Source of the DNA: Phoronis australis
Lineage: Eukaryota; Animalia; Phoronida
Assembly (NCBI GenBank): GCA_002633005.1
Contig: NMRA01000688.1
Location: 1 to 64,000, forward strand
Direction of reading: 5' to 3'
DNA: 64,000 nt
Numbering within the stretch: position 1 is the stretch's first letter; the number at the start of each line of letters is the position of its first letter. Of this stretch, positions 38,960 through 53,580 are shown piece by piece. The position numbers and the translations under genes were made by a program. A model generated the notes under the pieces. The model made no database searches and had not been told where the DNA came from. It saw only the letters and a list, made by a program, of their open reading frames with translations.

Positions 38960-39963
38960 ATGTGTTGTTGCCTAGAATATACACAGAAATGTGGAGAGTT
39001 AGAGCTAGGGCTATAGTACCTCCCCTCCCACAAACTCACTGCATTGCACTGAGACTACATTTGGTTTTGGTTATCAGTTCGACATCAGTGTGGACATAAG
39101 TGACTGAAAAGTCAAACCATTTTGTTTCTAATGTCACCTTCCCACTTACACTGCAACTTTGCATTTTTGCGGAGTTCTGCTCTATGGGAAAGCTTTTAAA
39201 ATATCTCCTGGACTTAATTCAGCCATCACATCTACTCTCAGAGAAGTTGATTAAGGTGCGGTGTTATGCAACTCCACTTCAAATGGAGCATTCGCTAGAG
39301 GTCATGACATCAACCATGCAAGACTTCAGAGATTCATCTTTCCCGCATCTTTCTTGAATTTTCAAGAGCCATGCGTAAAGGAATAAGATAAGAAAATCGA
39401 CAGAGTATCAGTAGCGCATTATTCATCGTAAATGGGTGAGATGTTTATTAATCTCGAATCCATTAGTTTTGAGAGTATTATTGAAATTTGCCACTTGGTG
39501 TTTATATCAGAGAACTAAGAGTAATCCCGATGTCGCCAGTCAATGAGAAAAGGTAAGTGGAGTTACAGTGGAGTTGCAATTGACCGGGGTTAATTGTTCC
39601 ATTGTTGGTGGGAAAGCGACATAAGAAATGATGTACCGAATATATAACTTACTCCAACATGTAGTAGCCAAGAGAAGTGAGTACAAGTGATTATTTTCTG
39701 AAGGCTAATTATACTGCGTAAAGGCAAATTATCATGACTGGTTATATTGTTCAATGTGGTAATGATACCCAAAATTACTGAAGTTTGGCTCAATGTTTCC
39801 AATTAAATTTTAAATGCTTCACTACACGATTAACACATGATAGAAATTGATGCTTTTTGTAATAAAGTTTTGTAGTAAACCTTTTAATAAACAGATAAAT
39901 TTAGCTGATATTTTTTGTCCGAAATATTAGAATGTTACCCTTAAGTAAACACTTTCTTGTTAC

Positions 39964-40073
39964 CTGGTTCACAGTCATCTTGCCATGAGTTCCGGCTTGG
40001 TTACAGTTTGAAGACAATTTCAAATGCGTTTTTCACAATTTCCTGCATTCAAGTGATCTGATATGTTGATTTC
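39964..40073 (-). other. Candidate non-coding 5'-UTR exon of TLR-A
   Basis: Minus-strand acceptor tatttacag| at 40074 and donor CAG|GTAACA at 39963, about 1 kb upstream of the acceptor before the ATG. Splice motifs only. Confidence 0.35.
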
Positions 40074-43000
40074 CTGTAAATACATACACAGCAAATCAGA
40101 ATAAACTATACTGTGACGCGAATGCTTATCAGAATGACCTTCTTCATGTAGAGTCCATAAGTCCAAGAAATAGGAAGTGCGTTATCAGGCAGAAATTAAT
40201 ATTGTCTTTAAGTACACAAAGCTTATCAATTTCCTTTGAAAACATGAGTGTTTAGTGATAAACAGTTGTGTTGTTTTGGATCCTTACTTGTTCCTGATTT
40301 CAACTGTCATTAATGTTACGTAGGCCATATCGACTTGTCAAATATCTACAATACTGCATTAAGATGAAAGCATATATTTTTTAAAGTAGAAAGCCTATAG
40401 AAGTTGAATTTTGACTTCACATGAATCTGGTATTATTTGAATCACTGTACAGCTGTTCAAGACAGTAGATTAGGACAGTCCTCATGAGCTGGTTGTTCAG
40501 GTTTGGCCCTCTTTGCTGGCATGTTTGGGAAGTAGGATACTGATGTTTTTCTCCCAATAGTTTATTAGATTTTGATAATTGGCCCGACTGGCTGACCAGA
40601 CGAGGTGGGAAGAGTTGATTAATGCTTAAGGACCTCGCTAGAAAAGCTAGACTTCCTGAGGTTACGTCGGTGCTATATTGTTGTTTATTTTCAATGACAG
40701 CTCGTGATTTTGGCTAGATTTTTCTTGCCACAAGACAGCTACTGAACTTTACCCTGTACTTTATTCACAGTTTCAACATGGCCAGGTCCACTACCTCGTT
40801 AAGGAGACATGCAGCATACATTATTTTAACTTCCATCTAGGGATTTATCCAGGATTCCAAAACTGGGAGTCCAAATTTTTCCAAAAAACTTACCAAGCAT
40901 GGGAGTTTCTGTGAACGTTGGTGGTCTGTCAGTACCGCTGCGGCCACGGCACCTTATGTGTCCACCCATGTAATAACATAGTACAGTGAAGTGGAAATAA
41001 AAGACAAGTGTCATTGATAAAACAAAGAACATTTGTTTATTCAATAACTTTTAATGTTCAAAAAAGAATGTGACATTCATGCAAGAGATGCCATTGTCAA
41101 CAAAGTCCCAAACTGTAACACGTAGGTAAAGATTTCAACAGTAATGTCCTGGCTTCCACGAAGCAGACAGTCTGAATAGAATGTCTTGGTAAAGCGATGC
41201 GCATTTTTTTCCTGGTCCTGACAGTCGAGCCTATGTTTTCTCTCAATCTCATGTCTTGCTCAGCATTCATAGTCAATACCCTCGTAATGTGAGTCTGAAT
41301 TTGACGTCAAAAAGTCAGTACATCCAAAACTACACGACCAGAATTCTGGCAGAAGTAACACAACATACGTCTCCACGACTTGTCCGCCATCTTGAATATC
41401 TAATTAAGTAGAGTAAACAAAGTAATTCACGTGCATTTTCATTTAGTTGAATGGGAGAGCAAGTTGAAACCAATTTCTAAGATATCAACTGGATTGTCAA
41501 ACGTGAGCAATTATGTAATTTTCAGGATTGTCTCAAATCTATTCTTCCTGTTAAAAACCATCTACTCTCAAGTTTGGAGCGAATTGTAAAAATGCCAATG
41601 TGGAATGTTGTTGGCAAAAATTTGGTACTTTGATTTGAAAGGTTCACCATTCATTTCATGGGAGTTGCGTTTCGCTGACTGGTCATGTTATCACCACGAT
41701 ACAGATCTGTAGCTGGATTATTTGTCGTACCAGAATCTGAGTCAACATCTGTGTCTGGAATAATTCTCTTGGTTTGTAAAATAATCCTCGAATCTTTTAG
41801 GTCTTTGCGTGCAGACTACGTAGGTAGAATGCGCATATCAATCATGACTGAAACCAGTGACGACACTGGCTTTTCAATCACATATTAGCTGCCAATCAGA
41901 TTCGTGAGCTATGTCTAACCATAAGACCACTAGGGGTGTTACACAGAATAGATAGTCTTACGATTCAAGCGATTCTTCACTCTGGTAGAACACTTGAGTT
42001 AAGCTTGTTATTTTGTGTAAGTAGCAACCGTACCAGTTGTAGTAAAGAATCGCTGATTAGCCGCTTATATATGTGAATGAAATCCTTCAATTAATGCTAA
42101 TATCCAGCTATTTTTGCTAATTTGAAGGCTAACAGAATAAGTTGTTAATATACCTAAGCAAGCCAATTAGGCTAACAGTTCATTTAGCATTTATCTCAAG
42201 AGCGATGCTTTTAATAAAGAGCAGAAACCAAATTTACAGGTGTTACAATTCAAGATATATAGGCTTTAAGGAATTAAAACAGTTCTGAAGAAGCCATCAC
42301 TCCTTGCAAGATAATACTAATGAAATTCGTAGGCTACAAGTTCATAAAAATGTGCAATTGTCACAAGCAGGAGATGAGTGCCACTCCACAAATTTACCAC
42401 GACTAGGCTAAGTAAATGTCTGACAAGGAGTATTACTGTGGTAAGCATGCAAAGAACAACGAACATTTAACTTCAAAACGATTAATGAAATACTGGTAGT
42501 TAAGAAATACGGACAGTTGGCAAAAATATAGAAAATAATTTTAACAGGAAAAAATAATGTAAGTCTTGGTAACAACATGAAAAGAACAAAATAGAAACAA
42601 CCAGCAGTGTAAAGGTTGAGTTTCCATGACAACTCCCCAACTTGTTACATACCACTCTAACAAATATTTCAACTGAAAAACAGAAACAAAATACAAGCTG
42701 GTGAGTGGGATCCTTATTAAGTGTTCATTTTGCACAATATACCACTGACTACATTCCATCATTTCATTGTAAAAAGCTGGTGAGTGAGACAGAGAGAGTC
42801 CGTGAAACCACAGCTTCGTTGACTGTTGTAAGCTAGCGGGTGATAGCTTTATGACCGAACTACTTCCTTTGGCTGCTGCCTCCTGATCACAGGTTGCTCA
42901 CACCGGTTATTTGCAACCACAGCTCCATCTATTGGTGGAAGCTTAATTAAAAACTACATGGTATTGGCTATTTGGTAAAATCTCAAGTCGCTAGTCATAG

Positions 43001-43094
43001 GTTGGAGCAAGTAGTCGGAAAATGGAAGTGCTTGGCAAGAATCAGAAGGGTTTGGTTATGAGTCATGCTCAGGTAATCCAGAACATCTCAGGTT

Positions 43095-44870
43095 CATGAA
43101 ATTTGGCAAGTAGGTTTCTATGAAGGAGACAACAATGTCTTCCCATTTTCGAATAGATTTGGTATATTTTGTGTCACCTAGTGGGTGATTTTTATGCGCC
43201 CACATATTTATATGTGGACGCATTATGCCGTTATCTCCGTCTGTTCGTCCTGCTCTATCTCCAAAACCGATTGCTTATGTTCATGAAAATTTGCACGTGT
43301 TCCTTTCATGAATAGGACGACATGAGCAAACTTTCGAACGGATCTGACTACCGGTGTGTCCCCCTAGTGGCAATTATAGTTTTTTACATTTACCTCTATC
43401 TTCAAAGGTCCTCAACATATTTTCATAAAATTTGGTATATAGGCATCAAATAGTGAGACGACAGTATCCTCCTGTTTTTGGATGGATTCTACATAGATTG
43501 CGCCACCTTGTGGCCATTTTTACTGTTTTCCTGTCTGTTTTTAAGCGTCCACCCATCTATCAACCAAACCCGCTCTAAGCATGATTAATGTGAATTACTA
43601 TGAAGAGGACGATTGACGATGATTTACCGACGACTTCGACTACTGTGGCGCCTCCTAGTGGCAGTTTTTTGCACCTATGGCTATATCTCCTAAATCATTT
43701 TCGGGATCTTTACTAAATTTAATAAGTGCATTTTTATGATGATGACAACAGATGACGACATTTCAATAGATCTGACTACTGGTATGCCACCTAGTGGCAA
43801 TTTTATTGTTTTTACGTTTACCTCTGTATCTTCAAAGGTCCTCAAGATATTTTCATAAAATTTCGTATACAGGCTTCTGTTAGTGAGGTGAGGCTATCTT
43901 TTCGTTTTCAGATGGATTCGACCTAGTTTGCGTCACGTAGTGGCCATATTTACTGTTTTTTAGTCTGTTTTTGACATCCACCCCTCTATCAACCAAACCG
44001 CTTTCAGGATAATTGTGAAAATTGGCAATTATGTTTTTACTATGAAGTGTATGGCTGATGATGATTTTCCGATGACTTTGACTGCTATGGCGCCTCTTAC
44101 TGGCAGTTTCATTTTTTCGCCCATGGCTCTATTTTCTAAACCGTGTACAGGATCTTTACTAAATTTAATAAGTGTGTTTATATGATGATGGCAATGGACG
44201 ACGACGATTTTCGAATGGATCTGGCTATTGATATTCCCCCTGGTGGCAATTTTAGTTTTACGTTTACCTCAATATCTTCAAAGGTCCTCAACAGATTTTC
44301 ATAAAATTTCGAATATGGGCATCTACTGGTGAGGTGATGCTATCCTGTTTTCAGATGAATCAAGGTATCTTGCACCACCTAGTGACCATTTTTGCTGTTT
44401 TCCAGTCTGTTTTTTGTCGTCTACCCCACTATCAACCAAATCACTCTGAGGATGGTTTTGAAATTTGGCGTATGTTCTCAGTGTGAAGAGGACGGTTGAC
44501 GATGACAACTTTGACTACTGTGGCGCCTCCTAGTTGTAGTTTTGTTTTGCGTCCATAGCTGTGTCTCCTTAACCCACTGCACTATCTTTATTAAATTTAA
44601 GTAGTAAAATGTTTTATATGAAGCTAACAACAGACAGTGACGACTTTCTGGCTGATGACAGTAACAGTGTGCCCCCTAGTGGCAATTTCATTTAATTCTG
44701 TTTTCCTTTGTTTCTCTAAAGTTCGGTGATGGATTTCTATGAAATTTGGCGTATAGCTATCTATTAAAGAAGCAATGACATGTTCCCATTTTCAGATGGA
44801 TTCTACGTTTTTTGTGCCGTCTAGTGGCCATTTTATGTCACAAATAAACAACCCTAAAACAACACCATTT
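43095..44870 (+). mobile_element. HINE copy (5' end at about 43190, preceded by an older fragment) between TLR-A and TLR-B
   Basis: TTTTTATGCGCCCACATATTTATATGTGGACGCAT head and multiple internal units. Confidence 0.78.
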
Positions 44871-45282
44871 GTTAAAATTTTGAGTCAATTTTTGAGTCTG
44901 CCTCTATCCGCCAAGCAGCAATAAGGATCATAGTGAAAATGGGTAGATGTGTCGTTGGCACAAGATTGTTGAGCATCATTAGGATGGTACATGCCAATTT
45001 TCAATTTGCCCCACACCCAGGTCTAGGGACGGGACTTTTCAGTATATTTTGTGAACATTTGTTGCCAAACGAGATGTAAAGAAGCAGTGGACGAATTTCA
45101 ACAAAATTTGACAAGAATGTATCAATATTGTGCCGGCACTAGCCGGTTTGATTACCCAGAATCACTCGGTAGCCATTTTTGTCTCTAGTGTTTTCAGCAT
45201 TTTTTGGGGAAGAGCATTTTGGTGACATCAAGACAGTTGCTTAGCTCCACGATAAGCTTGTGCAGCCTATGATGAAGGATTC

Positions 45283-45553
45283 CGCACAAAATGGGGTCCC
45301 TAGGCACATGGTACCTGCTTAATTACTTCGCACAAAAGTCCCTAGGCACATGGCACTTGCTTAACTACTTCGCACAAAATGGGGTCCCTAGGCACATGGC
45401 ACCTGCTTAACTACTTCACACAAAATGGGGTCCCTAGGCACATGGCACCTGCTTAACTACTTTGCACAAAATGGGGTCCCTAGGCACATGGCATCTGCTT
45501 AACTACTTCGCACAAAATGGGGTCCCTAGGCGCATGGCACCTGTTTAACTACT
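45283..45553. repeat. 46-bp minisatellite, about 6 copies
   Basis: CGCACAAAATGGGGTCCCTAGGCACATGGCACCTGCTTAACTACTT, contiguous with no spacers. Confidence 0.92.
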
Positions 45554-46128
45554 TTCTCGCAACATAAAAATTTTTGCCAACTTGTGAGGGGGGGAAATTC
45601 TGGGGTTTGGGCAACTGATGGTAGCTAAGAACTTGTGGCGACCATGTTTGAATAGCTCGAAAATTGTGGAGAGTGGCTGGGGGAATGTTATGATTGGGTT
45701 ATAAGCTCAATTCTCATAACATTGTCTGATATTTGTGGTGCAGAACAGAGTAAAACATTAATATGAGACTACATGTCTCATTGCAAAAATGAGCAAATGA
45801 AATATTTCATGTCTGCCATATTGTATTGATCGTAAGTGGTGGGATGTCGATCCATAACTAAAAGTTGTGTTTTCTTTTGATGTGGATGTTACTTGAATTA
45901 TCACTGCAATCTGACTAAAGAATTTTTCTAAATGAATAGAAAAACGAAATGCATGTTTTTACTGAAAAGGATCCTACCGTAAGAGTAGAAAGTATAAATA
46001 CCTGGTAATAGTTGTTTACTGATGGACCTTCTCTAGCTCAGCAAAGTGAAGGTGGAGTGAGGGGAAACAATGTTTTATTTGATAGTGTGTCCAACTCAAC
46101 TTAACCTGTAGTCATCAACTTATCTTAA

Positions 46129-47769
46129 AGGAGAATGCCACTCAAAAAAACAACCTATTTTGTATCAATTTAGATCGAGTAGTTCTACTTGATAACGGCA
46201 GGTTCGGTTGCGTTACCTGACACCTGACGGCAGACGGAGGTGTTGAAATTATCCAATGACGTAATTGGTTTCATACGCAGTCTGTTCAGCAGTTCACAAC
46301 ACGGGTTAGTGGTGTCATTTTATCGCTTGAATTCATCTTTTTACACCAATAAATCATCAAACTTCGATGTAAAAAAATACACCGAGTTCTTACAAAAACG
46401 TGTTGTTTTATTTGGCTGTTACGGATTTACTGGTATTTGGACACACCGTACAGCACTGAGGCCAATTTACCAAGGTCAATAGCAGGAGTTTGAGGCCTGT
46501 TCGGAGATAAATTCCAAGTATTGTTCTGTGAAATACAGACTGGAGAACCTAGATCTGTGTTGTTTATACTTGTGATTTTTTGAGTTCTAAACACACAAAA
46601 CGCTTGTTATCCCGGCCAGTGGCTTAGAACCCATCAGGCCTGTCGCGGCCAGACTTACTCGTTATCCCGGCCAGTGGCTCGGAACCCGATGAGGCCCGTC
46701 GCGGCCGCCGGGACTAGCATGAACATAAACCAGCTTGAGGTGGAAACTAAACCTCCAGTCACGAAAAGACTATAATAGTGAATTATCCACGAAACTCAGT
46801 GAAAATCTACTTACTTTTCGGAGACCATCAGGGCAAAGGTTGTACAGTGACAATGATTTGAATAATATTTTGTATTTCTAAATAAAGATTCCCCTAACAT
46901 GTGAAAATAGCAAGTAAATCAGCTTTCTGTCAGCAAACACTGAATTAGCGTGCGCTCACACGGCCCCGGTGCCTGGTCAATTACCTTTGTTGCCGGCATC
47001 AAAAGCCGGTAACGCAGTGGTTTATTCATTGCTGACTTCTCAAAATATTTGCACTCCCCAGCACTCCAAGGCATTACAAATTGTATCTAATGAGACAGAC
47101 TTTGTTTCAGTTTCATATAAACATTGGTTAGGATCATTTTAGGATGAGAGTAATTCATTTTGAAACAGAAAGCAGAATAATAAATGTCTACATGGCAACT
47201 CGCCCGGCGCCAATTCTGACTTAGTTAAGAGCTCATCCGACAAAGACTTCACGGGTCGGATCGTTAGGTTTCACAGGCTATCAGTTCGAACCGGAATACA
47301 CTGATCAAGAAATACTAGAGAGGCGCTGTGAACATGCATAGGCAATGCAACGTATGGATAGTTTTTTGGTTAGCCGGAATTCATCAGAGAAATCACTGTC
47401 GACGATCAAAATGCCGGCCACAGACACAGAGATGTTTCACGGCCTCATACTTGCTATTAACAGTATACCTTTCATTCTTTAGTACTACGAGCCACTTCCT
47501 AAGCATTTTATGCTCTTGAGGAAGTCGAAAAAAAGGTATACCCGCTTTCTTCGCAGCTTCATAGTTCGGACAAGTGGGAACCGATGCACCACAATATAGT
47601 GGCATTCACTCTACAGACGAACCACTGACGTCGCTGCGTCGCTTGTCGCCTTCCTCACAGGTTAACGCGACACCTCTCGGCAAGGTGAGGTCAACCGTAT
47701 AAGAGGCGATGTGGATATAGACCGATTAAGACGGTAAAAAAGACTAATTAAACTGGGTGGCATTCTCCT
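46129..47769 (-). mobile_element. Second Kolobok-like element family with a THAP remnant (47393-47605)
   Basis: TTAA|AGGAGAATGCCACTCA ... TGGGTGGCATTCTCCT|TTAA; ORF MPLYC..TCPN..FFRLP..RKWL..VCGRHF. Confidence 0.82.
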
Positions 47770-49201
47770 TTAATTCTAACTGATGGATTGGTTGTGATAC
47801 TGTCTTGTCTGCAGGTGTGCAGCAAGATATGAAACTGATGCATTAAGTTTCAGTTCTATATATTGTGCGTAAATACAGAAAATGCCTTTGTTTCCTGGAT
47901 ATCAGATTGCAAAACTGAAGTTCACTTAAAATGTCAGGATTGTTGTCATAGTTTAGGGTTTAAGCTATCAATATCATTTGGTGTTGTTCTGAGATTTGTT
48001 TGACAGTTACGTCAAGACATAGGTCTTACATTATGTTGTGTTCTGACAGAAAGTTATCCAGCATATCATCCTTTTCTGACTGCAATTGCAAATGTGATAA
48101 ATTAGATCTGGGCCCTCCTTTCTATTACTGGAGTAAAGTAACTGTAACAGTTGTACAAAATTTACACCTTGAAAATATGCAATTAGAGACCCATTACACT
48201 AATCCTCAGGGATGTAGGAAGCTGGGTGGGGGGATCTTGCAGGGGCTGGTGCCTCCCCAATAATTTCTAAGCACCTGGGTGAAATCGTGTCACCTGGCAA
48301 AGGCGTAGGTCCACTAGAGTCGTGTCAGAGTCATACATATGTCAACCAACTTGTTGGTTGTACACCTTACTTGGTGAACAACCAACCAAGTGCAGTGCAC
48401 AACATGTGGATATCAACCAACAAGTTATGTATCCACCACTTTGACGCCACACAATGTTGTATACCTATTCGTTGTAAACATTTCATTCGTTCGTAGTATT
48501 AAAACGTTTTTGACATTTTTTGCACTTGTTCAAAGTTAATAACTTTTTGAACTTTATGTCATACCAAAAACTGGTTGAAACAGCATTAAGAGTTTTTCTC
48601 TACAAATCGGACCATAGGCCTTTAACTCTTGTTGAAAAGTTGTTGGTTATTGAAGTGTATACGTAAACAACATGTAAGCTATGGTTCTGAAATAAAATCC
48701 CCCAAACTGGATTAAGCGTATTTATTTTTGCAAAACTGTAACAGAGTTCTTCTGCCTTACAATCATGCACATCATATCATCACAAGATAACTACCATGTA
48801 TTTGTAAATCCTGTTCAATAATGCACTCCTACACTGACTGTAGTACATATCTACTCTGAGTCAGACTATACTGTTTCAGCCGGCAAAGCATCAAAATCTG
48901 TGCAGTCCGTTGAATAATCTGAGTCGTACTCATCAATGTGACCATTTCTACTCTTTGAGTCCTCTCCCACGTCCACAATCGCACTGGCAACAGCAGAACC
49001 AGCATTTACAATTGTAGCAGTGATGGTAATTTGTTTCCCATCCAAACTGGTCCATTCTTATGCTGAGGTAAATCCCACGTACATTTTTTAGTAAAACAGA
49101 GTATAAAATAGTCAACATTCTCCTCAGAGCACACCTCAACACACAACTTACTTTTAGTCTACCTTGTCCTTATGGAACATAAGAATTATCGTGAGTTGTT
49201 A

Positions 49202-52200
49202 AAGTAAAGTCGCGTGATTTTCAGACACTGAAAATTAATTCCAATAGAAAAAATTCATTCTTGGACGAATCTCGCGAAACATCATTTCTGTGGTGTCCGA
49301 ATTTGGCGGACCTCCAAATTTGGGTTTTGGCTAGTGTCCCAATTTCGTGGGTGTACATTATTTCGATGAGCGGTCGTAGTATCAAACATTGCTGGCTCGG
49401 TCATTTGATAGCAGCATAATTGCAGGTCAATAAGACTCAAACGGTCTGGGCGATTAATTTTTGAAAATCTGGCTTTCCCAATAAGAAATGTGCATTGTCA
49501 ACGCATATATACCTTTCCCGACAAGTGTTGGTTCTTCTTTTCAAAGATGCCCTTTCTCAATATGAAATATTCGGCTTTTAGCTTCTCCGATGCTCAAAAA
49601 CCGTTCTCGGCAAGCGATGGAATCTTATCAAAGATGCGCTATCTCACTTGAAATAGCGGGCTGCGCTGTGAAAAAGGAGTTTTCCTGGTGACAAATATGG
49701 GCTTTCCAATGAGTGGGTCTGGTTTGCGTTGTTGACGCACATGAAACGTTCCAGACAACTGACTCTCTTTTGTAAAAATGCGTTTTCTCAATAAAAAAAA
49801 TGTCCAGTTTGCGCTGTCAACCCACAAAGAGCGCCTCGATAGGCGCTTTTTTAATATTGTTTCCCAATAAAAAGCTGGACTTGCATATTCGACGCACAAA
49901 GAGGGTTTCCGACCATCAAAACATGCGCTTTCTCAATTTTAACGAATTTTGCATTAAACGTAACAGTAATGGATGTGAAAACGATTTCAATGAAGAAAGT
50001 GATGAACAATGACCAGAGCATAGTACATATTTATGTTTGTTCAACGTATCCATGCATTATCTGCTGGTTACAAACCGTAACGCAAGTTAACTCTGACACG
50101 TTTATTTCCATATTACCTGAAAGCTCAGTTTCAACATGAAAACTTCGAATGAACAATTATCTAAAATAGATTACAAAGACAATCATGATAGGAAAATGAG
50201 TAGTTTCTCATCGACTCGTGATCCCCATTCGTCGTTCTGGTAGTCATTGAATTGTTGAAGAAGCGCTGTCGTTCTACATATGTTTAGGCCTACTGCAAAC
50301 TATGGGAATGCGTGTACTAGTACAGTGCTGCGCGGCTGAAGACACGATTAACTAACATATTGTATATATAAGGCGTTGTCTAGAAAGCGAATGCAATTTC
50401 AAATGCTACCAACATCAAATTCACCCAACAGTTTTTTACAATTAAAACCTTTCTCATCCTCAGCCTTTGAAACGCCCGATGTTACTCAGTGATACACAGG
50501 CGCGTCTTCAGGCAACTGAGGTGACCTAACACATCTGGGTTCGCTTACGTTTTTACGGAAAAGACGTCACACATTTACAATGAATGCTAAAATTTAAAGT
50601 ATGATCAGTTGTGAGTTTACTGAAGTCTCATTGTAAGTACAGAAATATTGTTGAAGAATAACAGTGACTATCTGAAGAGGGAAATATATAACAAAATAAA
50701 ATATGGAAACACCAAACAAAAATCAAAACAACACTAACCTGTTGCAATAACGCCTTAAACGCGAACGTACTGACCGACTTGCATGAACGGAATGTTAGTT
50801 GAACATGTTAGTAGAACAAAACTGTCTCAATGAAATTTTCATGGTTTACAGGTTTAAGAAGATCCACCGTAGATTTCCGTATGTAAGTCCAGCAGAATAT
50901 ATGCCCAATTTGCGTATCTTAAATTTTTTCCCTAAAATATACCTGGATGCATATCTGAGAATAAAAATGCATGCTTGAAATCTGAAAATAATGCTATTCC
51001 CACTAGAATATAATTAGGGTGAGATACAGTATTTATACTGTGTTCGTGTATTCGACATTGCCGAGTATAGGCCCTGGTGTATTTTTACATAGACGTTTGG
51101 TTTCCCGAACTTATATACGGAAATCACTGGTAATACTTCCCAAAATTATTTACCCTTGCTGTACGTAAGGCATCACCTCGGGTAAAAATAGAACAATAAT
51201 AATTAGCAATGTAACAGTCATCTCTTTCGAATCAAACACAATTAAACACAGTTACAGCTGAAATGCCTCTAAAACTATCTTAAGTAATACAAAAATCATA
51301 GTCTGTAGTTTAAGATCACGTTTCTTTTTTTGTCTCAAAACTATCAACTGAAGGCGGTGACATGGACAAGAAGACCAGGCCCTGTGGAAAGTAGATATGG
51401 AACTCCAGGTCGGAAACACCTATAAGGTCCCAGGCTCGTTGCATCGGACTGCAGGTCCTGTATTCTTGTTAGCCTACCCCTAGGACCGCAAGAAGCAATG
51501 ACTATCAAATCTGATTCAACTGACTTATCATTTTTGGAAATGATTGGAGTATTTTCTTATGGTCGCCGCAGACAGAGATCGAGTGCCACAGGGTACCGCT
51601 TGGGCGGCGCAGCACTGAAAAAAGTGGGGGGCTAAAGCCCCCCTCAAACCCCTGTGGTGCATCGCCTATTGACCATGCGTGGCGTAGCACTGAAAAAAGT
51701 GGGAGGTTATAGCCCCCCAGTCCCCTATGGTGCGCCGCCCATGTCCCGGTGTCCTCAGTTGTCGGGATTCATCTTAATCTCGGGACACCATGGAGTCCAG
51801 GGTGTTGTACCTCAGACGGTACAAGGCGCGAATTAACAAGACCACAAGTACACAGACCAGTGGATGAGCAGGCAAAATTAGGTCGCCGCATATTCAATCT
51901 TTTTAGGTCTACATAGGGGTAAAGCTCGTAACGCTAGGACTTCACTAAAAAGCAAGAATTCATGAAATTATGTGACATATTGTGTATTTTCAGTTGAAAA
52001 CGTGATTTTGGTTAGATTTTTCTACTCCCAAGACAGCTACTGAACTCTACCCTAGTCTTCGTACAGGGCCGCAAGGGTGAGAATCTCACGAGCACGCTAG
52101 TCTGAAGACTTCGTAACGTATGGTCAAGTATTGCAAGCGAAGCACACGATCACACTAGCTTCTTTAGCGAGATTCTTGCATCTGTGATGCTTATCAGAGA

Positions 52201-53225
52201 TAGAGAATTTGTAAGGGTAGTGAAGCATGGTTACGTGGGTGTATATTAGTTTTTGATATGTGTTATAGTACAGGCACTTACACAACATAAGGCAGGGATG
52301 CTGTGTCCCTGTAGCAATTGCGTGTGCGGCACTACGCCAGCGCGCCGTTCTGAGTGCTGGGCCTTACACTGCTTAACACATTACACGAATGGGCACTACC
52401 AAGGAGACACTGAAAAACCAAAGACGTTTGAACTACGAACAGATTTTTAATGAAAAATTTTCGTTTCAACCCAAAAATTGCGTTTGAATGTTAGTCAGTG
52501 GTGGCTCATCATTCCTTGCTAACTGTCCCATTCAAAATTATTAAGCAAGCCCAGAACGGCTGCACGAAGATTTCAATCATTCGCCGGGATGCAGGTAAGT
52601 GGCAGCAAAACTTATTGTCCGGCGATAGTTGGGCATTTGCAAAGGTTAGGACGTTTTAAAATAAAAACGTTTCGAAACACGCAAGTTGATGTCAGGCGTG
52701 CATGTTCAATGTCACAGTCGGGAGTCGAACGGCACGGCCTATTTAAACCAGAGCACATGTTACGCTACAACGAAAAGTTGCAGCCTTCGGTGTATTTCCT
52801 ATTTGTATTTTCAGCAGAAATTTTCGTTATGCGGAACCCGGTGATTCTTTTCATAGCTAAAGCGCCAAACACAAGCTAAATGCAAGACAATCGAGTAACG
52901 GTCGTGACATCGTGAAGACAAGGTAAAAATAACAAACCCGTTATACCGCTTCTCGGACTCGAGCCTTATACAGTAGTAATCATCCGTTGAACGCTTTAGT
53001 GACACGGGAGTTGCGTCGATCCCAACTTACCGTTTCTAAAATTTTCCTTGTCCGAAAGTCGCGGGACAAAATTCCGATGTTTATGACAATGTCCGAAATT
53101 CGAGGATCTTTGAAAAACAGTTTTTCAACCTTGTACGAATTTCGTGGACTATGAAAAACTCATTTTGAAAATATTTATTCTTGGTCGAAAATGGCGAGCT
53201 GTCCGAAAATCACGCGACTTTACCG
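49202..53225. mobile_element. ~4-kb Tc1/pogo-like non-autonomous element with nested fragments
   Basis: GTAAAGTCGCGTGATTTTCAGACA / TGTCCGAAAATCACGCGACTTTAC inverted ends flanked by TA; no transposase ORF. Confidence 0.6.
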
Positions 53226-53359
53226 TACACATGTTGCATAACTTGATGCTATGTTCTTATAAAAGTTCTGTAAAAGTGATGTGAATACATTTAAATAAGT
53301 TTTGACAACAAACATCACTGATGTGGAAATAAATGAGCAATCAAATTTATTTATTCAGC

Positions 53360-53580
53360 AACCACCACTTGCCTGCTTATGATCCAGCACAGGTAGTTTT
53401 AAGCTTCAGTCTGGTGTTTACTCAGCTAGGAGTGGTGTATGACAGTCAACTACTGTAGCCTGCTTGTTATCTAGCAGGGCTATAGTTTTAGGCTTCAGTC
53501 AGGTCTTTACTCAGCTAGGAGTGGTGTATGACAGTCAACTACTGTTACCTGCTTGTGATTTAGCAGAGCTAGCTTTAGTT
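53360..53580 (-). repeat. 89-bp tandem copies of the TLR-B C-terminal coding end
   Basis: TTACTCAGCTAGGAGTGGTGTATGACAGTC at 53507 and 53418, plus a degenerate third copy. Confidence 0.88.

Noticed and set aside
45283-45553. CRISPR-like array (28020-28350 was also considered)
   Set aside because: The units are contiguous with no unique spacers, there are no cas genes, and the context is eukaryotic.
40800-45600. Possible NF-kB-like sites upstream of TLR-A (GGGAGTTTCT, GGGGAAATTC)
   Set aside because: These are isolated short matches expected by chance, and the TSS is unknown.
47815-47832. Strong-looking acceptor (tgtcttgtctgcag|GTGTGC) as the next IGHMBP2 exon
   Set aside because: In the required phase it reads VCSKI* and stops immediately.
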